Of a DNA stretch of 64,000 nt, positions 23,866 to 35,871 are shown one piece after another. The notes beneath the pieces were generated by a model, which made no database searches, had not been told where the DNA came from, and saw nothing but the letters and a program-made list of their open reading frames with translations. Made by a program: the position numbers and the translations under genes. The stretch is from Vicugna vicugna (lineage: Eukaryota): the NCBI GenBank assembly GCA_013265495.1, contig MU058045.1, positions 779,986 through 843,985 on the forward strand, in the 5' to 3' direction. How positions within the stretch are numbered: the stretch's first letter is position 1; each line of letters starts with the position of its first letter.

Positions 23866-25792
23866 CCGTTCAGTCCTCAACCACCCTGCGAGGTAGGTTT
23901 CCTGCTCCTCCAACCCTCCAAATGAGAAAACGCAGAGCCTCCCACGGCAGGGCAAGGATTCCCACTCCGCGCTCTCTCCCTTTGAAGTGAATACTCTGTG
24001 CATAGTGAATACAGATAAACATACAAATGAACAAGTAAACCAATGAAGAACAAATTGAAGTTCGTCAAGTATGTTTCTTTCAAAGGATGGAGTCTTGGGA
24101 ACAGTTTTTAAAGGGAAGGACTCCAGTGTGGAGAGTCCTGTCTTCAAGGAAGGAGAAATGAGACTAAGCAACTGAGAGTCAAACAAAATCATCATCTAAC
24201 AGAAGACTTGGCACAGAGCTGCTTGTTAATCACTGTATGTTAAATTAATCTGTGTGATTGTAGAAAAATATCATGGTTAATTAACCTCATAAAGATTTCA
24301 GCTAATATCTTAAGGCAGAAAAGATTAATTTTAAAATATGTTGATAAAGTTCGGTACACCCCTTCTTTTTTTTTTTTTAGCCCCCAGAGTTATGCACAGA
24401 GTAAGTGCTCAAGAGTATTTTGCATATACTTTCCAAACTTAGAAAAAAAAATCAGCTTTTCCATGACCTCTCTGGGAGATGTCATTTGGATGCTCAGATA
24501 CTGGAATTTGTAGGACATCTCATGCAGGACAGTATAATGGAATATCTGAAATTCGGAACATTTCGGAGAACCCAGCATACGTGTGTACCATATCAGAAAT
24601 CTTACTTCAAAGTGCTAACTTTTTCTCAGTTACCAATGCTACATGAAATTAAAGCAGACCTAAAATAAAGATTGTCCTAAAAAAATTTTTTTTGGCTTAA
24701 ATTGAAGTTCTCACTCCTGGAGAAACATTGTCCATGGACATCAGAGGGGGCAGACATGAGAAGCAGACAGACTGCCATAAAACACGGCTTCAGTCCAACT
24801 ACTCTGCAAACCTCAAGGGACTTGAGTTTTGTGTCCACCAGGAACTTCCAAAGTCAAGGTAGGATGTGGTCAGCTGCTGTAGGACCAGAGTACTGTCCTC
24901 ATACGGTTCTCTCCTTAGGGGCTGGCCTTCATGCTAACCGGTTAGTTTCACGGCCTCTGAATAAATCCTTCCTCGTAATTAGCCACGGAACAAATGCATG
25001 CTGAATGTCACAAGGTGGGGACAGGAAACAGCACAGATGGAGAACAGCACACATCTTAGGCTGGAAAAGTAACCAACAATGTGCACCTTTCACAGATGGG
25101 AGACCCACAGCTGGGCTGAAAAGATCAGTTCCACCCAACGTACGCTGCAGCCCTGCGTTCACAGATTTCTGACCTTTCAACTGCTATGTGACATGAAAGA
25201 GGATGCCTTTATATTGGTTTAACCTTCACATCAAACTCCAAACAGGGCTCTGATCAGTGAATCTGTAAATTAATTTCTTCTGTTAGACAGAGGCTGGCCT
25301 CTGTTCAGACCTTCTGCTCGGTCCCCCTTAGCTGCTTGAAGCTGACCCTACCGGAAATTATCTCATATGGCTGATAGTTGAACACTGGAAACTTCCTGGC
25401 ACAGTTCATTCGCAAACTATCATTTCGTGAGACCTAAATCAAGAGCAGGTGTTAAGAAACATCAACCCGTAAATGAACCAGAGCAGTTGTGCAAATTACC
25501 CTGTGAGCAGGGATCGTAGGCAACGTGTGATCAGTAACAGGCAGGCCAGAGCCTGACATGGGTTTAGCAGGTCAGCAGAACCTTCTCAGTAGGAAGCACA
25601 GAATACTCAAATAACCATCTTTTAAAAGACTTTCAGCTAAAAGGATTTTTCTTGACTCCAAAATCATGAAAATTGCAATGGAAGGTCTTTTCTTCCAGGA
25701 TGAAAACCACATTCTCCCTAATTGGAATGACCATGTGTTCTGCATAAGCAAATCAAGGGATTTACGAGTTCTGAAAACCAGCAGACACGTAC

Positions 25793-25921
25793 TTTCCAGC
25801 AGTCACAAACATCTCGTCGCAGCACTTGGAGAAGATGACGGTGGTGGCGTTCCCGACGCTAAGGCCGGCCGCGGGACTGCCACAGACGGCCTCTCTCTTG
25901 GCTATGCTCCACACCACTACG
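25793..25921 (-). CDS. CFAP52: CFAP52 exon 4 (VVVWSIAKREAVCGSPAAGLSVGNATTVIFSKCCDEMFVTAG/N)
   Basis: Acceptor CGGCAG|C; donor AAA|GTACGT; 129 nt. Confidence 0.95.
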
Positions 25922-26269
25922 CTGCCGAGAGGGGAGGACAGAGAGAGTCAGGGGAAACCGGCTTTCAAACTAACAAACGGCTCTTTAGCGGCTCTAGAAG
26001 GAAAAAAAAAAGGTTACTTACAAAGGAACAAAAGGATGACACTGACCGTCCCCCTGCCCCCGACATCTCCTCAATCACATTGGATATTAGAAGACAAATG
26101 GGTGACACTTAAAAAGTTTATAAGGGAAATGATTACAAGGTTGAAAACCCATGAGCCTATCAATCAAGTCTGATGCTAAAATAAAGGAATTTTCAGATGT
26201 GCGGGGCATAAACGTTGACCATTCATTTATCTCTTATAAAAAATTTTCCATGGGGAAGTACTCCAGCAA

Positions 26270-26306
26270 AATAATAATAATAATAATAATAGTAGTAGTA
26301 GTAGTA

Positions 26307-26359
<53 letters not shown>
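26270..26359. repeat. Compound microsatellite (ATA)n(GTA)6(ATA)n
   Basis: Direct reading. Confidence 0.97.
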
Positions 26360-26386
26360 TGAAAGCAATAAAGAGGGTAGCATAGG

Positions 26387-26535
26387 AGTGGTCTCAAACT
26401 TGAATCTGTGTCTGAATCACCTGGAGGGCTGGCAAAACCAGAGGGTGCTGGGACCTACCCTCAGACTTTCTAACTCAGTAGGTCTGGGGTGTGGCCTGAG
26501 AATTTGCGTTTCTAAAAAGTCTCAGGTGGTGCTGA
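26387..26535. mobile_element. MER5A-type hAT-Charlie element
   Basis: agtggtctcaaactt...gaatcacctggagggct...cagtaggtctggggtgtggcctgagaatttgcgtttctaa. Confidence 0.75.
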
Positions 26536-27746
26536 TGGGTAGAATGGACACCCCGTACCCCCACCCCCACCCACTGGCCCACAGAGTTGACCCCTGATTG
26601 TCCAAATCCAATCGGCAGAACCCTGTGCTCCTCGCTACCGAGACTATTTAGGGACGGGCGTATTGCATTTTCCGAGTACAGCAAAGTTTGGTTTTCTTTC
26701 TTTCTCTAGAGAAGAAATTTTCTTTGGAATGTTTTTCTCAACATCTCCAAGTTTTCTACAAGCAAATTTTAGATAGCCTAGACTCAAGCTTAAAATTACA
26801 GGGGAGATGAGCCGTTTTGCAAATTAACCTTGATTAAGAGGCATTTGTTTCTCCCCCAAGGCCCACCCTTGGCATCCCTCCGGCAAGGGCTGGGGGTGGG
26901 GGCGGCCTAATTGCCAAGCTCCAAGAAGCCCTGGGGCTGGGACCCAGGCATCGGTAGTTTCAAAATTTCCTCAGGCGATTCTAATGTGCATCCAGGATTG
27001 AGAACAACTGCAGTTAAATCGAGCTAAGAATGTTAATATGTGATCTCTGGTTGCATTTCTTATGGAAAAAAACAATCAAAAGGGGATGGGCCAGGGAAGC
27101 GTGACTATTTACATGGCAAGGAAATGACTATAAAAGGAGGAAATCGCATGAAAATTTTGTCGATTTGCTATATGTTAAGAGAACTGTCAATATATAACTA
27201 CACACAAATGCAAAATTCTATTGCAATTAACCTCAACCTTGTTTATGGAGCTCAAACAAGAAAATATCTGTAAAAGTGCCCCAAAGTATTAAATCCAACC
27301 CAAACCTCAGGTGTTAGTATTTCTCTTCTACAAACGATGTTCCTTTAGCATTTATAGACGAATAGGCACTGCATTGATTGTTCTTCCTAATATAAAACTT
27401 TTCTCCCCCCAATTTCATTTATGCGTATTTGTCGCCTACAAAACTTGGCTGTGAGATCCCTGAAGGCAAAGATCATGTCTTGGCAAGGCAAGTTAAAAAT
27501 GCCACATCTGGAGTCACACTGCCAGGGTTTGTCCTCGAGCTCTGCTACTTAGCTGGTGACTTTAGTTCCTCATCCATCATACGACCCCAGTAGCTCCCAT
27601 AGCATGGAGCTGTCATGAGGCTTAAATGAGATAATGCAGTTAAAATGCCCAGCACACAACTGTCACATAGTAAGTGCTCAAAAAAAAAAACTTAGCTGTT
27701 GTCAATGATAAGAATGTTGACAACAAGGGTGATGTCATCTTGCACA

Positions 27747-27909
27747 GCAATGGTTCTTGAGTTAGCTGCACATTCGAATCCTCTGGGAAGCCTGTATAAT
27801 TCCTGAAGCCACGGCCTGTCAATCAGACTCTCTGAAGGTGGAGCCAATTGTAAGTAATTTTCTGAAACTCCCAGTTGATTCGGTGTGTTTCCAGGCTTGA
27901 GAACCACTG
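27747..27909. mobile_element. MER5-type hAT-Charlie element
   Basis: cagcaatggttctt...cacattcgaatcctctggg...ggcttgagaaccactg termini. Confidence 0.65.
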
Positions 27910-28054
27910 TCCTGTGGTAGTTTCCTCAGAGGCTTTTCTCAGCACACACACCCAACGACAGATGGGCAAACAGAGGATGTCAGAAAGGAGAGGGTACTTA
28001 ACATGTCTAGAAATACGCCTAGTGGAAAGTAAGTGAATATGCTTAGTTCATTAC

Positions 28055-28191
28055 CTTCCATCATCTGGGCCTCCTAGAGATACCAAGTACAAATCATTTG
28101 GTGAAAAGGCCAGAGCTTCAATTTTGCCCTTGTGAAGTGACAGCCGAGCAATCAGCTCCCTGTTCTTATAATCCCACAAAATGATATCTGC
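28055..28191 (-). CDS. CFAP52: CFAP52 exon 3 (ADIILWDYKNRELIARLSLHKGKIEALAFSPNDLYLVSLGGPDDG/S)
   Basis: Acceptor CCCCAG|GC; donor AAG|GTAATG; 137 nt. Read by hand; not in the ORF track. Confidence 0.96.
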
Positions 28192-28554
28192 CTGGGGACA
28201 AGAATACACTGTCAGATCATAGGCTGGCTTTAAAAGAATCGGAGGAGATGGCTACCCTTCTCGGTGAAAAATAATCATTTGTCACTTACAAACATGACAG
28301 CAAGAAACGGAAGCAGCTGTAAGCAGGGACTTTTGTTTCTGAGCGTTACGGGTCACAAGCTGTGACATCAGATATAAAACCACCAGACTCCTTCACTCTC
28401 AGCCTGGTAGGAGGAAAATGAGTCCCAAGAGAAGTCGAAATTAAGAAGAGGAAGGGTATAAACATGGCAGCACGGAGCTATTCTGAAGTGGGGCGGTTTT
28501 GCTTAGGAGGCACTTCTAAATCAATTCACAGTGAATGATTTTTGGTTTATTTAC

Positions 28555-28754
28555 CTTGAAGCCCATGAATGTGACTTGTCCGGAAGCAACGTAAGCTCCG
28601 CTCCTGGAGATGGTCACACAGGACACATTGTTGCCATGGCCATGTAGGAAATTCTGTTCCTGAGTATTGATTGCTTGAATGAGGATGGTGCAACCCAGAG
28701 GGTAAATCAGATGCTCCTGGTCTGGGTGGCATTTTAGACCAGTGGGCACATGTC
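28555..28754 (-). CDS. CFAP52: CFAP52 exon 2 (GHVPTGLKCHPDQEHLIYPLGCT...GQVTFMGFK)
   Basis: Acceptor TTTTAG|GA; donor AAG|GTAAAT; 200 nt. Confidence 0.96.
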
Positions 28755-28961
28755 CTAAAAGAGAGAGATTAAAAGTAATAATAATCAGGTGCAGAACTGG
28801 CTGGTAATTTTTTTTTGAATTGATTACAAAAAAGAACACTTTTGAAATAAGCCTTAGTTCAATTAAAATAAGTTTTGGGGCAGTGAGGAGGGGTGGTAAT
28901 TTTTTCTTAATTAAAATAGATAATTTTATTCCATTGACAAGAAGGTTGGTCTAATATATAA

Positions 28962-29116
28962 GCTTTTCAAACTTGAATGTGCATGAAAATCTCCAGCGGC
29001 TCTGGTTAAAATGCAGATTCTGATTTTAGGTCTGGGGTGGGGCTGAGATTCTGCACTTCTGAAAAGCTCCCAAGTGATGCTGATGCAGCTGATGCTGGTC
29101 CAGGAACCACACTTTG
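28962..29116. mobile_element. MER5A1-type hAT element
   Basis: ttcaaacttgaatgtgcat...ttaaaatgcagattctgatt..ggtctggggtggggctgagattctgca...accacacttt. Confidence 0.7.
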
Positions 29117-30705
29117 GACCCAGGTCCAGTTTTTGTAATACTAGGAAGGCATGAAGCAGGAGCTGCCTGTCTGGGTGAGTGCAGAGGCATAGGCAGAAAT
29201 TATGGCACAGAGTTTATTTACTGCCAGGAAAAGATTTGCGTGGCATACTAAATGGGAAAAAGTCTGATTATAAGAGAGTATGTACAGCATGAGTCCACTT
29301 TTATTAAAAAATTACATGTAAATGTATATTTGAAAGGATCATACCAAAAGTCTCATTTGGGAAATGTAATGATGCCTGATTTTTTTCTTTTGGCGTCACT
29401 GTAGTTTTCACTTTCTAAACTCTTGTTCTTAAGTACAGCTATGGACTTCTCCCTGTATTCTCCGTGCATAGCATACTATTTGGCATGAAGTAGTTCTAGA
29501 TAAATGCATTGTGTCTACATGAAAGCATATAAATTGTCACAAAACCAACAAGGTAAAAACAATGCAATGAATATTATTCAATTTTAAAAGGCCAAGAGAA
29601 TTGCCAGGGGAGACACTGGGATGTACTTGACCATATCGTTACTCTTTGAGCTACACAAAACAGCACGAATTCAGTAGCAGGGCTCTGTGTTTGAGGCCCT
29701 GTACTTGTCACCAGTGTGACCCTTTGCCCTTCCAGCAGGCCCATCACTTCCTTTACCAATGATCTGGTAACCAGCTCTAAATGATTGATACCTCAGATGT
29801 ATAGGTGCTCACTTTCTACCAGCAGCTCTTAAAGTAAAAGGAAGATTTCAGAGCCACGTCCTAGAATGTGCTAAATCTTTAGTCATAGTCATAGTTATAG
29901 ATTGTTCTGCATCTATATTATTAGAATTTTAAAGCTTTCAGGCATCAAACGCACTTTTAAGTTTGCTTTTTCTAAAGTGTAATCCACTGCTTGTTTTCAT
30001 CTTTCGCAAAAAACCGAACAGCATCCCCCCAACCCCTCACCCCGGCTTATTGTTCCAAATAGTTAGCAGTGATAGGTCAGATTTGAGCAGAACAACCAGG
30101 CCTCCTCTGACCAAAGCAACTCTCTCCTCCAGCTCCCTGAGGTGTCCTCTCCGCCTTCCATCATGGTTTGAAATCCTCACCAGCAGAAGAACCCTTCCTT
30201 TGGATTAGAGGACAAATCACCCCCTAAACTGGTTGCTCAAACACGTTTCCCTCCCCCCCAGCCTCTTCTCATTAGTACATCAGCTGGGATTTTAGAAGTT
30301 CCTTGTTCCCAGGGGCCTTACAAGGACTCTGTAATCTGGTGGTTACTAAGGCGCGGGCAGCTTTGTGGGCTGTGTGGGGCTTAGAGCCAGTGGAGTGCTG
30401 ATTTAGTGGGTGAAGGGTTTCAAACGACACTTACTCATCCCTTCCACCTGGTGAAGAGGCATTTGGTTCCTTTTAGATGCTGGCAAAACACATCCCATTC
30501 TTGGAGGCTTGGAGCGAGAACGGGACTCTCCAAGACCTTTGAGCAGGAGGGGCTGTCTGGGCCCCCAGTGCTTGGCCCTGGCGAAGGCTCATGCCAGTGT
30601 CGTAAGCTGCCTTCCCGGTGCCACCCAGTGGCTCCCTCTCCCTGTTTGCACTGCACGTTCCCGGGGTTCCTAAACCACCCAGTCCGGACATGCTGGGGGT
30701 CTCAC

Positions 30706-30775
30706 CATTGAATCCGATCACGGCCTCAAGCTCCAGCTCGGCCACCTCGGCCTTGGGCGAAATTTGGTTCTCCAT
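30706..30775 (-). CDS. CFAP52: CFAP52 coding exon 1 (MENQISPKAEVAELELEAVIGFN/G)
   Basis: ATG at 30775 (GTG-ATG-G); donor ATG|GTGAGA; 70 nt. Confidence 0.95.
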
Positions 30776-31624
30776 CACCTGGAGACTCGGCTCACTTTCC
30801 TCTCAGCCTCCGCAGGTGCAGCGTCTTCCGGTCGTTATGGTAACGGACTTGCGCATGCGCGCCAGATCCACGCCCGCCCCGAAAGCAAACTGGTGGAGTT
30901 CAAGTTCTTAGACCTTCTTGAAATGGAGAGAGGGCTTCTTTTTTACTTTATGGTAAGTATTTCAATGGAAATTTAAGGGGCACTAAATGCACAGAACTAA
31001 TTCCCTCTCCCCCATGTAAAGAGTCTGTGACCTTTTGGGTAACTATATGATCAAGCACCGAGTGGCATTTAAAAATTAAACATAAAGGATTGCCTCTGAA
31101 GGTAAAGCTGCTATAAGAAAATATATAATTGATACTTCTTTGGGTCCATTCTTTGAAGACGGATAAAAAATTCTTTTAAAGGCTTATTGAGGTATAATTT
31201 ACATATCAACATTTACTTAAAGAAAGTGAGTTTTAGTAAATTTATACAGGTGTGCAAATATCACCACAATCCAGCTTTTTGCTTGTCTGTTTTCGTTTTA
31301 AGCAGGATAAAATTTTAAGTAACTGCTAGAGGTCTTAAGGGGCTCCCACCTTTCCGGGAAAACGCTTAGATTTTGTTCAAAAACAATTTTAATTGCGCCC
31401 AGCTGTTCGCGTGTCTTAATGGGAACAGATGGCTCCAACCTCCAGTTTCCCCCGGGGAGCCCTTTCGTTTCTGCATCGTAGTTTTGAGGCCTTGGCGTAT
31501 ATTCACTTTGCAAGCCCCAGGTTCCGGTCGCGCACGGGTCGAGCCACGGGGTGTGAGCCGCGCGGGCCGCCGTAGTCAGCTGCTGCGAGCAGGAAGTGTC
31601 CGAGGAGCGGGCGGAGACTGCACC
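30776..31624. promoter_or_regulatory. Bidirectional promoter region between CFAP52 and STX8
   Basis: Divergent ATGs 850 bp apart. CpG-rich ends; ETS (30825-30831), X-box (30831-30844), NRF1 (30850-30861) and GC box (30871-30880) near CFAP52; ETS CAGGAAGTG (31590-31598) near STX8. Confidence 0.85.
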
Positions 31625-31641
31625 ATGGCCCCGGACCCCTG
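31625..31641 (+). CDS. STX8: Syntaxin-8 coding exon 1 (MAPDP/W)
   Basis: Strong Kozak CACCATGG; donor CTG|GTGAGC; 17 nt; inside a CpG island. Confidence 0.93.
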
Positions 31642-34600
31642 GTGAGCCCCGGGTGAGGGCGGCCGCGCTTCCGGGGAGTGGGCGTCGCTGGGCTCTGGGG
31701 CTGAAGGCTTTTCGGGGTGAGGGGAGGGAGAGCGAGGACCCTTCGCTTGCTGTCGGGGCGGGGTGGGGGAAGTTAAAGACCTTTGCCGCACCCTGCCACT
31801 CTTAGTCCTTACAGGGGTCGCCGGGGCTGGAAACCGGGTGGACCTTGGGGAGCTGCGTTCCAGGGACGAAATCTCTGAGCATTCCTTTAAGCCCTTCTCG
31901 GCTGCATCTCCCAGATTTCCCGCCCATCCTGGCTGTGAAGCTGGCTGATGCAGGCTTCCCTGAACTGTGAAAATGACGTCGAAGTAACCTTTTTGTGGAA
32001 TGCCAGTCTGTCTGGTGAACCTCCGTATTTCACAGGTGGAGAAACCGAGGTTCAGAATCCATGGTCACCAGCCAGTTAGTAACCAGCTGGCTCTAGAATC
32101 TAGGTCCTGTAGGCCCTTCAAAAAACTTACAGGAATCTGGGAGGGAAATTGTGCATTAGTTGATAACGCATTTTACTATTACCTGAGTTAGTATCCTGAA
32201 GCCTGATTCTGTGGCAGCCACTTCCGCAGTAAAACAATGAAAAACCTATAAGGGTCTTTTATTTCAACAATTAAACCCCGAGGACTGAATGATGAAAGAC
32301 ACAAATTCTGATCCCAAGGAACGTATTGCAATAGCATATCGGACTTGAGCTTTTTGTTTGCTAATTAAAAACAGTATAGCTCTATAAAATTCTTTTTGGC
32401 GAATATGTCTCATGTTAGTACTTCTAATATCGTTTATAATTGTTTAAGTTGCCGACAGTCTGGATACTGAGAGAGTAACTTTGCAGGGTGAAAGTTAGCA
32501 CTGCTTGGGACCTAATTATCTGGGCCAATGGCGTATTTGATTTAACAGTGGTCGCCCCCACCCCCCCGCCAAACACCCCAATAGAAAGTTTAGAAAATAC
32601 TGAATATTCACAGAGAAAAAAAACTTTAACTCTGTCATTTGGAATAATTGCCATTACTGATTTTTAAAATGAATTTATTACTTTGTATAATATGTGTGTA
32701 TATATGTGTATACATACACACACACCCATATATTTTTACAAAACAACATATCTCCATATCATTAAATATTCATCGAAAACACAGTTTTTATGGTGCTTAA
32801 TAGTGCATCATATGAATGATCATGATTTAATCACGCCCCTTTTGTACTTTTTTTTTAAAAAATAGAAGGGTTTTTTTGGTTTTACTTTTTAATATTGCAA
32901 AGACTGCTTCTTTGTTCCATTTCTTATTTCCTTGGCTCACTCCCTGGAAGTGGAACTACTGGATCCAAGGGTATGAACATTTTTAAGGCCCTTGATACAT
33001 ACGGTTTAGTTGCCCTCCACTTCCTGGAAGCTAACGCCCTCATTTTACACATGAGGTAGGAAATAAAGCTCAAAGCCCACATTATCAATTTAGATTGGTG
33101 AAAGCTATCAGCGAACCCCAGGCATCTTCCACAGTTAATGTTGAAAAAGCATAATTTTTCCTGTTACTCTCAAGTAGTTTGACTTAGCAGCTTTCTCATT
33201 TGTGGAAAGTGAAACAACAGGGGAATTATTCTGTGCTTAGATCAGCTTCCTTGCAAGGAAGGTTGCAGATCAGGAGAGCAGAAAGGAGTCTGAAGTAGGG
33301 TTTTGAAAAACTTATAAAAACAGACTTGACTACAGCTTTGCCCTCGTGCTGTTGAAAATCATGGGTTGATTCTTCGCTCCTAAGTAGCATTTTAAGGTTT
33401 GGAAATGGAATATAGCTGTTACTGTTTTAATGGCATATCAAAGCAAGTGGTAAGCTCACTGTGTGATAGAAATAGCTAGTGATTACCATCTCTGAATGGC
33501 TTCTTTGCTAAAGTTAATCACTTTACCACTAGGGCAACTTATTTGTTGATGATATACCATTTCTGTAAAAATTATGGTTAAACCTTAATAGTTTTATATT
33601 CTGGTTAGACTTTTTGGGGGAGGGGTCTATTAAAAATGTTATTATGGAAGGTAAAAAATAAAGAATAGTATAGTAAGTTTATACTCATCACCCAATTTCT
33701 GTAATTATCAACATTCTGCCATTCTTTTTTCCTTAGAGGTTAATTTATGCTTTTATTTGCCAGTATAACCTAATTACAATGGCTTGCAAGCTTTTTTGAC
33801 CTAAAAAATATATTTTATGTCACAGTCCAACAAGTACACACACACACATATGTATACACGTGTACATAACTAAAACAGAAGTTTTGCCAAAACTGTCTAC
33901 CCTAACACTAAGTGTTCTTCTGCCACATGGGGAGTTTAGATGGTAAGTGTGTAAATTTCCAGAGCTCCCAAGTGAGAGAAATTACTGTTGGCCGAGGAGC
34001 TCAGACCTGATAAAAGCTGGGCCAAGAGGTCCTAACCTGGACGGACCCACAAGGTCAAAGCACGCCTCTCTCTCGGACAAGAGGGAGGAGCATGTTCTAG
34101 AGCCGAAGGACAGCACAAGGAACAAGCCAGGGTGGAGGGAGGGAAGTGAGCCTGGCATGTTCGGCCAAGTGGCGGCCTGGGTAGGAGGGTCTAAGATGGC
34201 AGAGACAAGTGGAAGCTAGCTCCTGCAGAGCCTGGAAGAGCAGAATAATAAGATTAGACTTTTAGAAGAGACTCTTAGAGCTACAGGGGATGCTTTTGCA
34301 TTGTGTGTTGTACCTTATTACTCATTTTCATACGCATGGTCTGGGGCCACAGAGCCAGACCTAAGAGCCTCTTTTCATAGAGGACAGTATGGAGGGAAAA
34401 AGGGGAAATGTGGCAAAGCTGGGACCAGGCAGGACCCGATTTTCCTTATCAGCCTCCCTCCTATTTCCTTAATTACGTATTGTCTTGTTATTGCCTGCTC
34501 TTTTTGGGTATACTTGAGTACATATATATATACAGATATATGCATGTATATATACACACGTATATATGAATGATGCCACTTTAAAGTGATGAGCTGTTAA

Positions 34601-35771
34601 GGATCCTAACTCATTGGATCCGTATGAAATTTAAAATGTAAAGCTCTTAGCATAGGACCTGGCCCAGATCAGTTACTCAAGTTGTTAGTCGTAGCTACAA
34701 TTACTATGGTAAGATGCCTAAGGGAACCGATTGGAGATAGTTTTTTCCTTCATTCATAAAGACATTTGCCAAGTTCCCCCAGCATTCAAGTGATACGTGG
34801 GAGTTCAAAGATGTTAAGAAATGGATTGTTTATTTTTTCAAGCAAAAATTGCAATATTAGGTCAAACAACAGCTTTTCCTATTTTTTTTTTTACTGGGAC
34901 AGCCCTGGAAAACACATTCTTTGTTTGCACAGTCCCTGCACTTGAGGAGAGATGAGATGTGTATACACACAAGTATTTTCTGTAAAACAAAGTAAAAAGA
35001 CTAACCAAAGGGAAAAATAAGGGACTCGAGGTTTCCTTGTGAATCCTTCAAAGCCCCCAACACTGGAATAACAGATAGAAACTCGGGGCGTGCTTTGAGA
35101 GAGTTCTGGAAAGCCCAGAGACGAGGTGACTGTGTCCTGTGTCCCCAGAGCCCGGTGGTGTGGGGGAAACAAGGTGCCACTGTGTGTAGCTGCTCCCGGG
35201 CGGCCACCTGGCCGGCTTCCTCACCCGGCCCGCCACTCTCCGGCCCGCTTTGTTTTCCTTCTGAGCACGCCTCCACACCTGACACACCATGTTTTGGTTT
35301 GTTTTATGCCTTTCTCCCTCCACTAAACTCCTGGAAAGCAGGGCCTTTGTCCATTTTGCCCACTGCTTATTCTCCGGGGCCGGGGGCCGTGCTCGGCCCG
35401 AGGAGGCCCCCCCGGAGAGTCTGGGCTGTCTGGCGTCCCAGCGGCAGGAGGGCGCGGTGGTCAGGGCACGGGCTTAGGGCCAGGCAGCCTTGCCTAGCAG
35501 CTGGTGGTACCCATCGGGCAAGCCGAGCTGCCTCCTTGTGCCTGGTTTTCTCATGCGTACGAGGGGGATGGTAACCCACCTCCCAGTGTTCTTGTGTGGG
35601 GTTAGTGAGTTAGAAACGACGCACTGAGAATCGAGCCTGGCTCATAGTAAGTGCCATTCAGCACGCGTGGCCATTACTGCTGCTACTACCATTCTCCCTT
35701 CCTGTTCCTGTTCTGCAGAAATTTCCTTTAAAGAACCTTCAGCATTTTTCTCCCTTTATGATTTGATGCAG

Positions 35772-35871
35772 GTTCTCCACGTACGATTCCACTTGCCAAA
35801 TTGCACAAGAGATAGCGGAGAAAATTCAACAACGAAATCAGTATGAAAGAAATGGTGAAAATACAACCAAG
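35772..35871 (+). CDS. STX8: Syntaxin-8 exon 2 (FSTYDSTCQIAQEIAEKIQQRNQYERNGENTTK)
   Basis: Acceptor ATGCAG|G; donor AAG|GTAAGA; 100 nt. Confidence 0.96.

Larger units (their letters stand above)
6597..30775 (-). other. CFAP52: CFAP52 (WDR16) gene span, start to stop, 14 coding exons, 620 aa WD40-repeat ciliary microtubule inner protein
   Basis: Exon lengths 70+200+137+129+100+117+101+171+149+146+152+103+112+176 = 1863 nt, in frame with compatible phases and GT-AG introns. Confidence 0.97.

Noticed and set aside
26151..26597. 148-aa ORF with a poly-Ile/Val 'transmembrane' stretch
   Set aside because: Produced by the ATA/GTA microsatellite plus a MER5 element.
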